From positions 23,975 to 87,974 of the forward strand of contig CAZIAP010000001.1 of the NCBI GenBank assembly GCA_964537315.1: DNA of 64,000 bases, in the 5' to 3' direction. Of this stretch, positions 12,755 through 22,929 are shown piece after piece (positions within the stretch are counted from its first letter, which is position 1; each line of letters begins with the position of its first letter). A program made the translations under genes and the position numbers. The notes below the pieces were generated by a model. The model was not told the origin of the DNA. It made no database searches and saw only the letters and a list, made by a program, of their open reading frames with translations. Source of the DNA: an uncultured Gammaproteobacteria bacterium. Its GTDB lineage: Bacteria; Patescibacteriota; Microgenomatia; Levybacterales; GWA1-39-11.

Positions 12755-13846
12755 TTATGTGAGATGTCGGTTAAGCTCTTCCGGTCTCACAGCATACTGC
12801 AGCGCAAGCTCTCGTGTGATTCTTCCCAGTTTTACGAGCTCTGCCAAGGAGGATTCAATAGTATTCATACCGTAGTCTTGTGATGTCTCAATAATTGAAT
12901 CAATAAGATGAGTTTTTCCTTCACGAATATTGGACTTAATTGCGGTAGTACCGATAAGCACTTCAGTTGCCATAATTCTTCCTCCTGAAATCTGTGGCAG
13001 AAGACGTTGCGATATGATTCCTTGAAGTGTAGATGCAAGCTGTATTCGGATCTGATTTTGTTGACCAGATGGAAATGAGTCGATAATACGGTCAATAGTT
13101 TGAGATGCAGAATTTGTGTGTAGTGTCGAGAACACGAGATGACCAGTTTCGGCAATAGTTATTGCAGACGCTATACTTTCCGGATCACGCATCTCTCCAA
13201 TTAGCACAACATCCGGATCTTCACGCAGAAGCGCTTTTAAACTCTCACCCCACGAATATGTGTCGTGTCCTAGCTCTCTTTGTGAAATAATGCTTTTGCC
13301 TTTAGGGTATACATACTCTACCGGATCTTCAATAGTAATAATATTGCTAGTTCTAGTCATGTTTATTTCGTTCACCATTGAGGCAAGAGTGGTAGTTTTT
13401 CCATGACCGGTAGGACCAGTGACTAAGACAAGTCCCTGCTTGAGGCTTGCAAGAGTGTGGCACGCCTTGGGAAGACTAAGCTCTTCAATTGTTTTTACTT
13501 TTGCAGGAAGTAATCTCAGCGCAGCTGCCAAAGTTCCTCGCTGAAAAAAGTAGTTAACACGAAAACGCGCCTTTGGCTCATGGTATTCGTTGAGACCGTA
13601 GTCGTAAGAAAAATCAAGTGTCCGATTATTAATAAGAAGCTCGCGCTGATTATCAGAAATTATTGACATGAGCATTGCTTCGATTTCCTGGGAAGTAACT
13701 GCGTTATATTGTGTGATAAATGTGAGTGTTCCATCAACACGAATTACAGGTGGGACTCCTACTCTGAGATGTAAATCAGATGCTTTACCGGCGAGTGTAT
13801 GTTCAAACAGCTCCAGTAATGTTGGGTGAGGTGTTTGTGATTGCAT
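12755..13846 (-). CDS. pilT: Type IV pilus retraction ATPase PilT
   Basis: 363 aa, Walker A 'GPTGHGKTTT', His-box, PilT-sized. Confidence 0.85.
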   Translation of the reverse strand: MQSQTPHPTLLELFEHTLAGKASDLHLRVGVPPVIRVDGTLTFITQYNAVTSQEIEAMLMSIISDNQRELLINNRTLDFSYDYGLNEYHEPKARFRVNYFFQRGTLAAALRLLPAKVKTIEELSLPKACHTLASLKQGLVLVTGPTGHGKTTTLASMVNEINMTRTSNIITIEDPVEYVYPKGKSIISQRELGHDTYSWGESLKALLREDPDVVLIGEMRDPESIASAITIAETGHLVFSTLHTNSASQTIDRIIDSFPSGQQNQIRIQLASTLQGIISQRLLPQISGGRIMATEVLIGTTAIKSNIREGKTHLIDSIIETSQDYGMNTIESSLAELVKLGRITRELALQYAVRPEELNRHLT

Positions 13847-13919
13847 AGTGTTATCTTTTCTCCTCTATTTAGCATATGCAAAGAAGAGATAAAAAATCAA
13901 TTAGTAATTAAGTTATTGT

Positions 13920-15695
13920 TTAATTTTGTGCGACTCTGAGAATTTCATCAACTGTCGAAATTCCTTCAAGAACTTTAAGGTATCCATCTTGTTTCATAGT
14001 TATCATTCCCTCAAGAATAGCTTGTTTTTCAATTGTTGCTGCATCAGCTTTTTCTAATATTAGACGAGATATTTTTTCAGATATCGGCATTACTTCAAAA
14101 ACTCCTATTCTGCCAAGATATCCTGAGTGTCCGCAGAAATCGCACCCTTTCCCTTTATATAATTTAGCCGGTCCGCTCTGCTGCTGTGGCATAAGAGGTC
14201 CCAGGGTTTTTTTAATTTCCTCCATTATTTCATTTGGAGGAGTATATTCAATCTTGCACTGCGTACAGATTTTGCGTGCAATACGCTGTCCTAACACTGC
14301 ATTCATTGTTGATGCTAACAAGAAAGTCTCTGCACCCATATCAATAAGACGAGGAAGAGTTCCTGCCGCTGTTGATGTGTGCAGTGTGGAAAAAACTAAG
14401 TGACCAGTGAGTGCTGCTTGAATCGCAAGCTCTGTTGTCTCTTTGTCACGAATCTCTCCTACCAAAATAATATTGGGATCCTGGCGTAAGAATGAGCGTA
14501 GACCTGCTGCAAAACTAAGTCCCACATCTGCGTTTACTTGCACCTGATTGATACCCGCAATCTGGTATTCGATCGGATCTTCCAGAGTCATGATATTTAC
14601 GCGCGTGGTATTAAGCTTTGTGAGTACAGAGTATAGAGTGGAAGTTTTACCTGACCCAGTTGGACCGCAGACGATAATAATCCCGTGTGGACGAAGAATG
14701 GATGCTTCAAGATTTTTTAGAGCATTACCCCGTAAACCAAGGTCATTTAGTGTGGGGACACCTCCCGATTTTCTTAACAAGCGAAGTACAATTTTTTCAC
14801 CATACGCAATGGGGAGTACGCTGACACGTAAATCAGCCTCTTGATCTCCGAACTTAAAGTTAAATCTGCCGTCCTGAGGAGTTCTGTGTTCATCAATTTT
14901 AAGATCAGATAAGATTTTAATACGGGAAGTTACTGCTTCTTGTACGGCTTTTGGTAACGATAACCTTTCATAAAGAATTCCATCTATTCTATATCTGATC
15001 CTCATTCTATCTTCTTGAGGCTCTATATGTATATCAGAAGCACGACTCTTCATTGCGTATTCGAGTGTAGTAGCAACGATTTTTGCAATTGGAGCGTCTT
15101 TAATGACACTGGCAATACTTTCTTTGTCAAATGTTTTTACCGCGCTAATTTGTTCACTTTCTTTTAGTGCTGCTTTGACTTCGCCGACAAGTCCTGCTGA
15201 ATACATTGACTCTATCGATTCTTGGACTTCTCTAGGTATTGCTTGGTACGCAGTAATAGTTTGTCCTGTTTTTTGGCGAATAAAGTTAAATGACTCCATA
15301 TCCAATGGATCCGCCATGGCAACAGAGAGTATTTTTCGGTCTTTATCATAGGCAAACGGTACCAAGTGCATTCTCTCAGCTACAGGTCTGGTGATAAAAC
15401 CGAGCGCTTCAGGAGATGATGGTATAGAAGTCATGGAAATAAATGGAACATTAATAAGCTTTGCTCTGGCTTCATAGTACTTTTCTTCTGGAACCATTTT
15501 TGAATCCAGCAATACTTGGTCGACATGTAGACCTTTATTTGCAGACTCAACTTTCAGACTGGAGTATTGTTCATTGGTGAGTAAGCGCTGTTCCAATAAT
15601 ATATCGGCGATAGATCGTTCACCGATGGTATTAGACATCTGAGAAAATACTCCCTGCGTACCTGTATTATTTGTTGATTGGGCAGAATTATCCAT
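13920..15695 (-). CDS. pilB: Type IV pilus assembly ATPase PilB/GspE
   Basis: Walker A 'GPTGSGKTST', tetracysteine Zn motif 'CTQCK...CDFCGHSGYLGRIGVFE', N-terminal GSPII domain. Confidence 0.85.
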   Translation of the reverse strand: MDNSAQSTNNTGTQGVFSQMSNTIGERSIADILLEQRLLTNEQYSSLKVESANKGLHVDQVLLDSKMVPEEKYYEARAKLINVPFISMTSIPSSPEALGFITRPVAERMHLVPFAYDKDRKILSVAMADPLDMESFNFIRQKTGQTITAYQAIPREVQESIESMYSAGLVGEVKAALKESEQISAVKTFDKESIASVIKDAPIAKIVATTLEYAMKSRASDIHIEPQEDRMRIRYRIDGILYERLSLPKAVQEAVTSRIKILSDLKIDEHRTPQDGRFNFKFGDQEADLRVSVLPIAYGEKIVLRLLRKSGGVPTLNDLGLRGNALKNLEASILRPHGIIIVCGPTGSGKTSTLYSVLTKLNTTRVNIMTLEDPIEYQIAGINQVQVNADVGLSFAAGLRSFLRQDPNIILVGEIRDKETTELAIQAALTGHLVFSTLHTSTAAGTLPRLIDMGAETFLLASTMNAVLGQRIARKICTQCKIEYTPPNEIMEEIKKTLGPLMPQQQSGPAKLYKGKGCDFCGHSGYLGRIGVFEVMPISEKISRLILEKADAATIEKQAILEGMITMKQDGYLKVLEGISTVDEILRVAQN

Positions 15696-15755
15696 AGAAA
15701 TTTAAATTTCCTACTTACTTATAAATCGTAGGTTAAAGCGTGCTACAATGTCAAT

Positions 15756-16403
15756 ATGCCAAGCATAATTGTATCTGGTCTGCAGGAAGGACGAGAAGAA
15801 TATGTAAAAAAAATTGTTTCGCAAAACTCTATCCCTGCGTACTCTATCCGTCGATTGGAAGGTACAATAAAAATAGCTGATGTGCACAATATTTTGAGAT
15901 CTATCAGAGTGCACGCAGGTAAAAATGAAAAAAGATTGGTTATTTTTTCAGGTCAGCTAACAATTCCTTCTCAGAATGCTCTGCTTAAGTTTTTAGAAGA
16001 ACTAAACGATTCTGAGATCGTTGTTTTTTCGGTAGATTCTAAAGAGCTCTTGTTAGACACAATAGTTTCAAGATGTCGTGTCATTATGTTGAATGCGGAT
16101 GATAAGGGAGATGAAGGAAGTAATTATGATGGACCTACAAAAAACATTAATTTTTCAGAGTTGTTATATCTTGCAGAAAAGATTACGACTAAGGAGTCGT
16201 TTGAGGAGATCATTTTACTTTTGAGGAAGCAAATTATCTCAGATATATTGGTTAATAATCCAAATAATATAAACGATTCTATCGCATTACTTCGTTATCT
16301 TCACGAGAACTACCGGTTGGTAAAAGAAAATAATGTAAACCCCAAACTTGTACTTGAAGCAGCTTATACTAGTGAAATGTTAGCTTCGTTTGTAAGAAAA
16401 TAA
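15756..16403 (+). CDS. holB: DNA polymerase III delta-prime-like AAA+ protein lacking a Walker A motif
   Basis: 'SQNALLKFLEELNDSEIVVFSVDSKELLLDTIVSRCRVI' matches the HolB 'AQNALLKxLEEP...TIxSRC' sensor region; no P-loop. Confidence 0.5.
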   Translation: MPSIIVSGLQEGREEYVKKIVSQNSIPAYSIRRLEGTIKIADVHNILRSIRVHAGKNEKRLVIFSGQLTIPSQNALLKFLEELNDSEIVVFSVDSKELLLDTIVSRCRVIMLNADDKGDEGSNYDGPTKNINFSELLYLAEKITTKESFEEIILLLRKQIISDILVNNPNNINDSIALLRYLHENYRLVKENNVNPKLVLEAAYTSEMLASFVRK

Positions 16404-16431
16404 ATTACCCTATTGACAACCGTTTTAAGAT

Positions 16432-17037
16432 ATGAGTAATATATTTTATAACATGAAATACTCACTGCCCGTTATAACAAATCTTTCAGAATTTAAATCT
16501 TATTTCTCCGGTAAAAAAGGATTTACACTAGTCGAGCTTCTAGTAGTAATTGCAGTACTTGGAGTACTAGCAGCAGGAGTTCTAATTGCAATTAATCCAA
16601 TTGAGCAGCTTAGAAGAGGCCGAGATAGTGGGCGAAAAACCTCTGTAGCTGAGCTTGGTCGTTCTCTAACTGCATATTACACTTCACAGACAACCTACCC
16701 AACACAAGGCACTACATGGATAACTTTACTTAGAAGCTCAGGAGAGATAAAAATTGAAGCGCAAAATCCAAACTACTCTAATGGGTATACTCCAGCGTGT
16801 GGAGGAGCCGCAGCTTTGCAAAATGGTTATTGCTACGCAACAGGAAACATTTCAAATAACCCTGAGGCTCTAGTCTTTGTCCAAGCTGAGTCAGAGTCTG
16901 ACAGAATTAAAGCTGGATGTACAACCAGTACAATGGCTGCATGGATAGTGTGGTCATCAGCTGCTGGAAAAACAGGATTAACTTGTACAGCAAATGCAAC
17001 CACTTATCCTCAACTCGGAATCTCTTCATTGAACTAA
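16432..17037 (+). CDS. Type IV pilin (candidate major pilin) with an unusually long leader
   Basis: 'KKG|FTLVELLVVIAVLGVLAAGVLIAINP' class III signal with Glu+5; leader at least 22 aa, with no in-frame start nearer the cleavage site. Confidence 0.7.
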   Translation: MSNIFYNMKYSLPVITNLSEFKSYFSGKKGFTLVELLVVIAVLGVLAAGVLIAINPIEQLRRGRDSGRKTSVAELGRSLTAYYTSQTTYPTQGTTWITLLRSSGEIKIEAQNPNYSNGYTPACGGAAALQNGYCYATGNISNNPEALVFVQAESESDRIKAGCTTSTMAAWIVWSSAAGKTGLTCTANATTYPQLGISSLN

Positions 17038-17069
17038 TTTTCTAGAAGCAATATAATTTTCTGTAAGGT

Positions 17070-17825
17070 ATGGAACTTTTTTTAGCATCCGTTATATTTA
17101 TATTTGGTTCAATTTTCGGAAGCTTCGTTAACGTACTAATTGATCGCGTTCCGCAAGGGAAATTTTTTGATAATAAGAGGTCGTACTGTGAATCTTGTAA
17201 AAAAAGCTTAAGCTGGTACGATTTAATCCCATTATTTTCGTATATTATTCTTCGTGGTAAGTGTAGAAGATGTAAAAGTAAGATACCTTTTAGAATTTTT
17301 GTAGTTGAGTTATTAACTGGTCTTGGGTTTGTTGCACTCTACTCGCTTATCTATCAATCACTTCCTCTAATTAGCTTTATTATGATTGTTCTAACATTTT
17401 GTTTACTTACGGCTATATTTTTTATAGATGTAAAGCACAGAATCATTCCTAATTCACTACTTATTGCGATTTTGTTATGCACTCTGTTCTATCACATATT
17501 TGCAGGACATGACTTAATACCATACATAATTACAGGCATAGTATCATTTTTAGTTTTTTTCTTATTATTTGCCGTAACAAAAGGCAAAGGAATGGGTTTT
17601 GGGGACGTGAAGTTTGCTTTTGTAATAGGTTTTTTGCTTGGTTTTCCGGCTTCATTAATTGCTTTTTATGCTGCCTTCTTGACAGGAGCTGCTATCTCTA
17701 TCATACTGATAATAGCAGGAAAGAAAAAAGCAAGAGGCAGTGTAATTGCGTTCGGTCCATTTTTAATAATCGGAATTTTAATTGCGACGCTATTTACAGA
17801 TGAAATTATTAAAAAATTTTTTTAA
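17070..17825 (+). CDS. pilD: Prepilin peptidase (A24 family)
   Basis: N-terminal CxxC...CxxC Zn motif 'CESCKK...CRRCKS', multi-TM, 'GMGFGDVKF' catalytic Asp region. Confidence 0.85.
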   Translation: MELFLASVIFIFGSIFGSFVNVLIDRVPQGKFFDNKRSYCESCKKSLSWYDLIPLFSYIILRGKCRRCKSKIPFRIFVVELLTGLGFVALYSLIYQSLPLISFIMIVLTFCLLTAIFFIDVKHRIIPNSLLIAILLCTLFYHIFAGHDLIPYIITGIVSFLVFFLLFAVTKGKGMGFGDVKFAFVIGFLLGFPASLIAFYAAFLTGAAISIILIIAGKKKARGSVIAFGPFLIIGILIATLFTDEIIKKFF

Positions 17826-18339
17826 CAAAAAGTTTTCTTTTGCTTCCTCCATAGCTTCACTACGAAGCAATCTCTCTAGTACTCATGGATTTACTTTAGT
17901 TGAATTGCTGGTTGTAATGGGAGTAATTGGTACTCTTGCAGCTGGTTTGGTAGTGGTGATAAACCCTGCTGCCATGGTAGGTAAAGCACGAGACGCACAG
18001 AGAAAAAGTGATTTTAATCAAATACAAAAAGCCTTGGAATTATATTATGATGATTATAGTGAGTATCCAGTCAATATGGATGATCTGACTACAGTTGGTA
18101 ATTATATGAAAACAATTCCTTCAGACCCTGTTCCGACGCGTTTTCAATATAGGTATGTTCAGATTTCAGGCGGACAGATGTATAGATTATATGCTCACTT
18201 AGAAAATGCAAGTGATCCTCAAGCGTGCTCACCTACAGGTGACTGTCCAAATGCGTCAGGAGTTTCAAATCCGAAATGTGGAGTTGGAGTAGCACAAACA
18301 TGTAACTACGGTGTAACCAGTCCGAATACATCACCATAA
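17800..18339 (+). CDS. Type IV pilin-like protein
   Basis: 'HG|FTLVELLVVMGVIGTLAAG'; start placed at MKLLKN within the track ORF. Confidence 0.65.
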   Translation: MKLLKNFFNKKFSFASSIASLRSNLSSTHGFTLVELLVVMGVIGTLAAGLVVVINPAAMVGKARDAQRKSDFNQIQKALELYYDDYSEYPVNMDDLTTVGNYMKTIPSDPVPTRFQYRYVQISGGQMYRLYAHLENASDPQACSPTGDCPNASGVSNPKCGVGVAQTCNYGVTSPNTSP

Positions 18340-18343
18340 TAAT

Positions 18344-18838
18344 ATGAAAAATTTAATAAATATAATAAGTAAGAAAAATAGTATCAACTTGTCGAGGGGA
18401 TTCACACTGATCGAATTGATTGTGGTAATCACTATAATAGGCATTCTTTCAAGCGTACTAGTGGCAAACTTTATGCAGGTTCGGGAAAAAACACGGGATT
18501 CCGTAAGAAAAAAAGATTTTGAGCAAATACGTTTAGCGCTTGAAACTTACAGGATTGATGTAGGGTCATATCCTGCTCACTCCAGTTCTTTTCTCCCCAA
18601 CTGCCCGGCGAGTGGATCGCTAAGAAATCCTACTAATACATCTGTTGTGTATATGGAACTAATTCCGTGTGATCCTAAAAGTAAAAATCAAAAATATACA
18701 TATAATAGAAGCTCAACATTGAGGTATACATTGTCTGTGTGTTTAGAAAACCCTAATGAGCAGCTAGGACCTACGATTAGGAGTGTAAGCACAAGTCAGT
18801 GTGCTAGTGGTAAACTGCTTGAAGTAACTAATCCATAA
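18344..18838 (+). CDS. Type IV pilin-like protein
   Basis: 'RG|FTLIELIVVITIIGILSSV'. Confidence 0.65.
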   Translation: MKNLINIISKKNSINLSRGFTLIELIVVITIIGILSSVLVANFMQVREKTRDSVRKKDFEQIRLALETYRIDVGSYPAHSSSFLPNCPASGSLRNPTNTSVVYMELIPCDPKSKNQKYTYNRSSTLRYTLSVCLENPNEQLGPTIRSVSTSQCASGKLLEVTNP

Positions 18839-18844
18839 ACATGC

Positions 18845-19387
18845 ATGCGCAATATCCTACGTTTACATATATTTTCTGCCGATGAAGGATTCTCTTTACT
18901 CGAATTAATGGTGGCAATAACCGCTTCTGCTCTAATTGCCGGAGGAGGTTTTTTTGCTTTTATACAGTATTCACGCTCGCAATCTCATTCACAGACTATC
19001 GAAAATATACGCTATGCATATACAGAAGCACGTAATAGCGCCATCTCAAATGTGAAAGTAGACAGGATTGGTTCTACTCCTACCAACTGTGGCACTCTGA
19101 TGGGTTATAGAGTAAATTTAAGTGCAACTTCATACGAAATTCAAATTGTATGTTTGAATAATACTGGTTCTCAGGTGGTAACTGGTAATCCAGTAAGTCT
19201 GCCTTCAGGTATAAGGTTGAGTGGAGCTAATCAATGTTCAGGTCTAGGTTACAGAGTAATTACAGGTAATGTAACAACTTTTTCTGGTTCGACTACTCTA
19301 CCCTGTACGTTCGAAGTACTGCATGACTCAGACAGTTCTTTAAGAAAAACTATAACAATTGAAAATGATGGAAATCTGACGATTTAA
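18845..19387 (+). CDS. Minor pilin-like protein
   Basis: 'DEG|FSLLELMVAITASALIAGG' prepilin-type N-terminus. Confidence 0.55.
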   Translation: MRNILRLHIFSADEGFSLLELMVAITASALIAGGGFFAFIQYSRSQSHSQTIENIRYAYTEARNSAISNVKVDRIGSTPTNCGTLMGYRVNLSATSYEIQIVCLNNTGSQVVTGNPVSLPSGIRLSGANQCSGLGYRVITGNVTTFSGSTTLPCTFEVLHDSDSSLRKTITIENDGNLTI

Positions 19388-19390
19388 TAT

Positions 19391-19900
19391 ATGAAAGAAT
19401 TATTAGTTAGCAAAAAAATGTCAACACAATCAGGATCTGCATTACTGGAGGCAATAATAGCTCTGGGAGCAGTTGTTATGGCAGTAGCCGGAATTGCTAT
19501 ATTAATGGTATCAAGCGCTAGCAACGCTGCATTTATCCAAAATCAAAATCAAGCAAACAAGTATGCGCAGGAGGGTATGGAATACTTAAAGAGTGTGAAG
19601 AATCAAAGTTACACAGATTTTCTGGATCTGTTTCCGGTTTCTGGTGTTGATTACTGTCAAAACGAGCAGTTCCAGAATGTAACTGCAGATAATAACTGCT
19701 CCGGTGCGAGAATTGAAGGAGGAAAATATGTCAGAACAGTAATGGTGAACCATGACTCTTCGAACTGCGAGAATGGCGCACATCAAGTAAGTGTACAAGT
19801 TTCATGGCAGAGCGGAAAATGCGATGTTAATGTAAATTCTTTTTGTCATAACACTTTATTAAGGACATGTTTTGTACGTCCGCCAAATTCAGAATTATGA
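19391..19900 (+). CDS. Minor pilin-like protein (PilV/FimT-like N-terminus)
   Basis: 'QSG|SALLEAIIALGAVVMAV' with Glu+5. Confidence 0.45.
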   Translation: MKELLVSKKMSTQSGSALLEAIIALGAVVMAVAGIAILMVSSASNAAFIQNQNQANKYAQEGMEYLKSVKNQSYTDFLDLFPVSGVDYCQNEQFQNVTADNNCSGARIEGGKYVRTVMVNHDSSNCENGAHQVSVQVSWQSGKCDVNVNSFCHNTLLRTCFVRPPNSEL

Positions 19901-20469
19901 AAAAAGCTAATGGATATACGCTCATAGAGCTATTAGTAGTATCAGGCATATTAGTGGCTGTATCGGGTATTGTAGGAGGAATTCTAGTTTCCACAATGCG
20001 CAGTTCAGAGGTTACACGTTCAACAACACAGATCGCACAGAACGGTAATTATGCGCTTTCGTCAATTAGCGAACTGATAAAGCACTCCCAAGATGTATCA
20101 GCAGTCTGGAACTCGAATAACAGTTATCCTACCAATTTTGCAGGATGTGCTGGAGAATCATCACCTGAGGGAGATTCTTTAGCATTGATGATGCCCGAAG
20201 GACAAGAAGTTCAGTTAACGTGCTCTCATTCATCAGGCAGAGTCGCGTCAACCAGCGGATCTATGACGTATTATCTTACTAACAGAGAGCTCGCAGTTGT
20301 ACAGGGAAGTTGTAAATTTGTGTGTAATCAAAATTCTGCTTTTTCACCTCCTAGGATCGAAGTAAAGTTCGAACTAGGTATACGTGATGGTACAACAAAC
20401 AACGTGCTTGACGGCAGTTCTAAAGTATTTCAAACTCAGATCAGTAGTAGAAATTATATTAACAAATAA
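19897..20469 (+). CDS. Type IV pilin-like protein
   Basis: 'ANG|YTLIELLVVSGILVAVSG'; start at MKKANG. Confidence 0.6.
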   Translation: MKKANGYTLIELLVVSGILVAVSGIVGGILVSTMRSSEVTRSTTQIAQNGNYALSSISELIKHSQDVSAVWNSNNSYPTNFAGCAGESSPEGDSLALMMPEGQEVQLTCSHSSGRVASTSGSMTYYLTNRELAVVQGSCKFVCNQNSAFSPPRIEVKFELGIRDGTTNNVLDGSSKVFQTQISSRNYINK

Positions 20470-20523
20470 ATGAGTACAATATTCTTGACATCCAAGCTAA
20501 AATAATTCTATGATTAAGATAAG

Positions 20524-21354
20524 ATGAAACACAAATCATCGCAGTCAGGTCAAATTTTATTAATAGTTGTATTAAGTATTGTAGTGGCTTTGACTGTTGG
20601 ACTGTCAGTCGCCTCCAGAACAATCTCAAATTTAAGAATTTCTAAACAAAATGAAGAATCACAGCGCGCATTTCAGGCGGCTGAAGCAGGGCTAGAACTT
20701 GCCACGCAGGCTTTAAGCCAGGGATCAAGTGGAAATCTAGCTAGTGGCTTAGATAATACTGCGACATACCAAGTAGAGGTACAATCAGAAGGAGGCAACG
20801 AGATTATTTTAAATGGAGAAAACCTTGTACAGCGTTCAGTAGGACTTGATGTCTGGATGAGTAATCATGATGATTATTCTTCTCCTTTCAGAGGGAGTGT
20901 GATATTGGGTTTTGGTTCTCCTGGTCAGGATTGTAGCTCAAGGAACAAAGATTACGCTCCTGCACTTGAAGTGTTATATATTTATGGAGATCCAAATGCT
21001 CCCCAATTTAGGCGTGATGTATACGATCCTTGTAGAAATATTTCAGGACGTATATCTAATGCTACGGGAGGATCGGCCGGAGCTACTACTATTGCGGGCA
21101 CGCAGTTTCCCTTTTCCATTAATTTAAACCTTTCTTCAGATCCAAGTAACATTTTGATAATGAAGGTGATTCCTATTTATAACTCGACTAAGCTTGGTAT
21201 ACGTAGAGTCAGCGGAAACAGGAATTTGCCTGCGCAGGGGTCAACAATTGTTTCTACTGGTCGTTCAGGAGATACAGTTAGAAAAATAACGTATTTCCAA
21301 TCCCATCCGCAAATTCCTAATGAATTATTCCCGTACGCAATAATCTCACAATGA
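20524..21354 (+). CDS. PilX-like pilus tip/assembly protein
   Basis: 'SQSGQILLIVVLSIVVALTVGL' PilX-type N-terminus lacking Glu+5. Confidence 0.45.
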   Translation: MKHKSSQSGQILLIVVLSIVVALTVGLSVASRTISNLRISKQNEESQRAFQAAEAGLELATQALSQGSSGNLASGLDNTATYQVEVQSEGGNEIILNGENLVQRSVGLDVWMSNHDDYSSPFRGSVILGFGSPGQDCSSRNKDYAPALEVLYIYGDPNAPQFRRDVYDPCRNISGRISNATGGSAGATTIAGTQFPFSINLNLSSDPSNILIMKVIPIYNSTKLGIRRVSGNRNLPAQGSTIVSTGRSGDTVRKITYFQSHPQIPNELFPYAIISQ

Positions 21355-22373
21355 ATAAACGCTTTGGGCTTGACATAGGATCCACTTCAATTAAGGTAGT
21401 TGCTTTAGAAAAGCAAAAAGACCAGTTTACGCTTAATGCCATTGGTTTTTCTCCTGTGGCTGTAAACAGCATACTCTCTGAGTCCCCTGTCGACCAGCAG
21501 ACACTGGCAGAGTCAGTTAAAAATATCCTTAACCAGGCAGGTATTAAGGAAAAAGAAGTGAATTTGGCCATACCTGAGAGCAGTGTCTATATCAAAATAA
21601 TTGAGATGCCTAATCTTTCTGAACAAGAGTTATCGGCCGCTCTCAGATGGGAGATGGAACAGTATATTCCTATGCCTATAGATCAAGTACGGACCGATTG
21701 GCAGGTTTTGAGACGTTCAGATGACAAGGAAAAAACAATGGATGTACTACTTGTCGCAGCTCCTATTGCTACAATTAATAAATACGAAACAGTGCTAGGA
21801 CTAGCTGATCTTACAGCAGAAAATGTAGAAACCGAAATTATTGCTGTACATCGTGCACTTCATCCATTGGTAGCGGGTATGTCGAGTGTTATAGTGCACC
21901 TTGGTGCAACTACTACCGATGTCGCGGTAGTCAAAGATGGGTTGTTAAATATGGTTTTTTCGATCGGTGTTGGTGGATTGGCTATCACAAGGGCGATATC
22001 GTTGGATTTAGGAATTGATGTAAAGCAAGCTGAAGAATACAAACGAGCGTATGGCTTGACTAGAGATACATTTGAAGGAAAAATCGGTAAATCACTCTAC
22101 CCCATTATGGAATCAATTGTAGGAGATATTAAAAAGGCAATGCTCTCATATAAACAAAAAAACGCAAATGATGAGATTAAACAAGTCGTTCTATCCGGTG
22201 GAAATGCTATGCTTCCTGGTTTGGACGTGTTTTTAACTAATACGCTTAATACTCAGGTCGTTTTAGGTAACTGTTGGGAGATCAATAACATTCAAAATGT
22301 ACCCGATCAAGTGAAGACGGACTTCAGTAGGTATAATGTAGTTGTAGGTTTAGCTCTTCGTGACTTTATTTAG
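21351..22373 (+). CDS. pilM: Type IV pilus assembly ATPase-fold protein PilM
   Basis: 'FGLDIGSTSIKVVAL' actin-like fold; overlaps the upstream stop by 4 nt. Confidence 0.8.
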   Translation: MNKRFGLDIGSTSIKVVALEKQKDQFTLNAIGFSPVAVNSILSESPVDQQTLAESVKNILNQAGIKEKEVNLAIPESSVYIKIIEMPNLSEQELSAALRWEMEQYIPMPIDQVRTDWQVLRRSDDKEKTMDVLLVAAPIATINKYETVLGLADLTAENVETEIIAVHRALHPLVAGMSSVIVHLGATTTDVAVVKDGLLNMVFSIGVGGLAITRAISLDLGIDVKQAEEYKRAYGLTRDTFEGKIGKSLYPIMESIVGDIKKAMLSYKQKNANDEIKQVVLSGGNAMLPGLDVFLTNTLNTQVVLGNCWEINNIQNVPDQVKTDFSRYNVVVGLALRDFI

Positions 22374-22929
22374 ATACAGTATGAAATCTACAATCAATCT
22401 TGCCCAGCGTACCAAAACAGGTTCTCAAAAGAAGCATAAGTATACAGTTTATATATATGGTTTATTTGTTGCAGTAATTGCCGTGGCGATGGGTGTAATG
22501 GTCATAAACATTATTTTAAAATCAGAGTTTAGTTCGCTAGAAACAACCGAAAGCCAACTCTTAACACAGATAAACAACCAAGCAGATAAAAAGCTTAAAA
22601 TGCTTATTATATCTGAGCGATATAAAAATATTAAATCACTCCTCGCTTCTCGCGGAAGCTTAGATCAACGACTTGCTTCTCTTATACGTCAATTTCCATC
22701 GACTGTTCGCGTATCAGGAATGAATGTGAAAGATAATGTCATTATATTGACAGTCGAGTCTTCTAATTTGCTTGCTCTTAACACAATATTAGAAAATGAT
22801 CTTCCTGAGTACTTGAAAAGTAATGATATCGGGGTACAGTTGGCTGATGTGAGTTCATTTAAGGCAGCTGAGGGCGTGTATGCGGCAGAGCTTCGTTTTG
22901 AGTTTGCTGGAGGATTAAATAATGAATAA
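22360..22929 (+). CDS. pilN: PilN-like bitopic membrane protein
   Basis: Single N-terminal TM, size and position after pilM. Confidence 0.5.
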   Translation: MTLFRYSMKSTINLAQRTKTGSQKKHKYTVYIYGLFVAVIAVAMGVMVINIILKSEFSSLETTESQLLTQINNQADKKLKMLIISERYKNIKSLLASRGSLDQRLASLIRQFPSTVRVSGMNVKDNVIILTVESSNLLALNTILENDLPEYLKSNDIGVQLADVSSFKAAEGVYAAELRFEFAGGLNNE

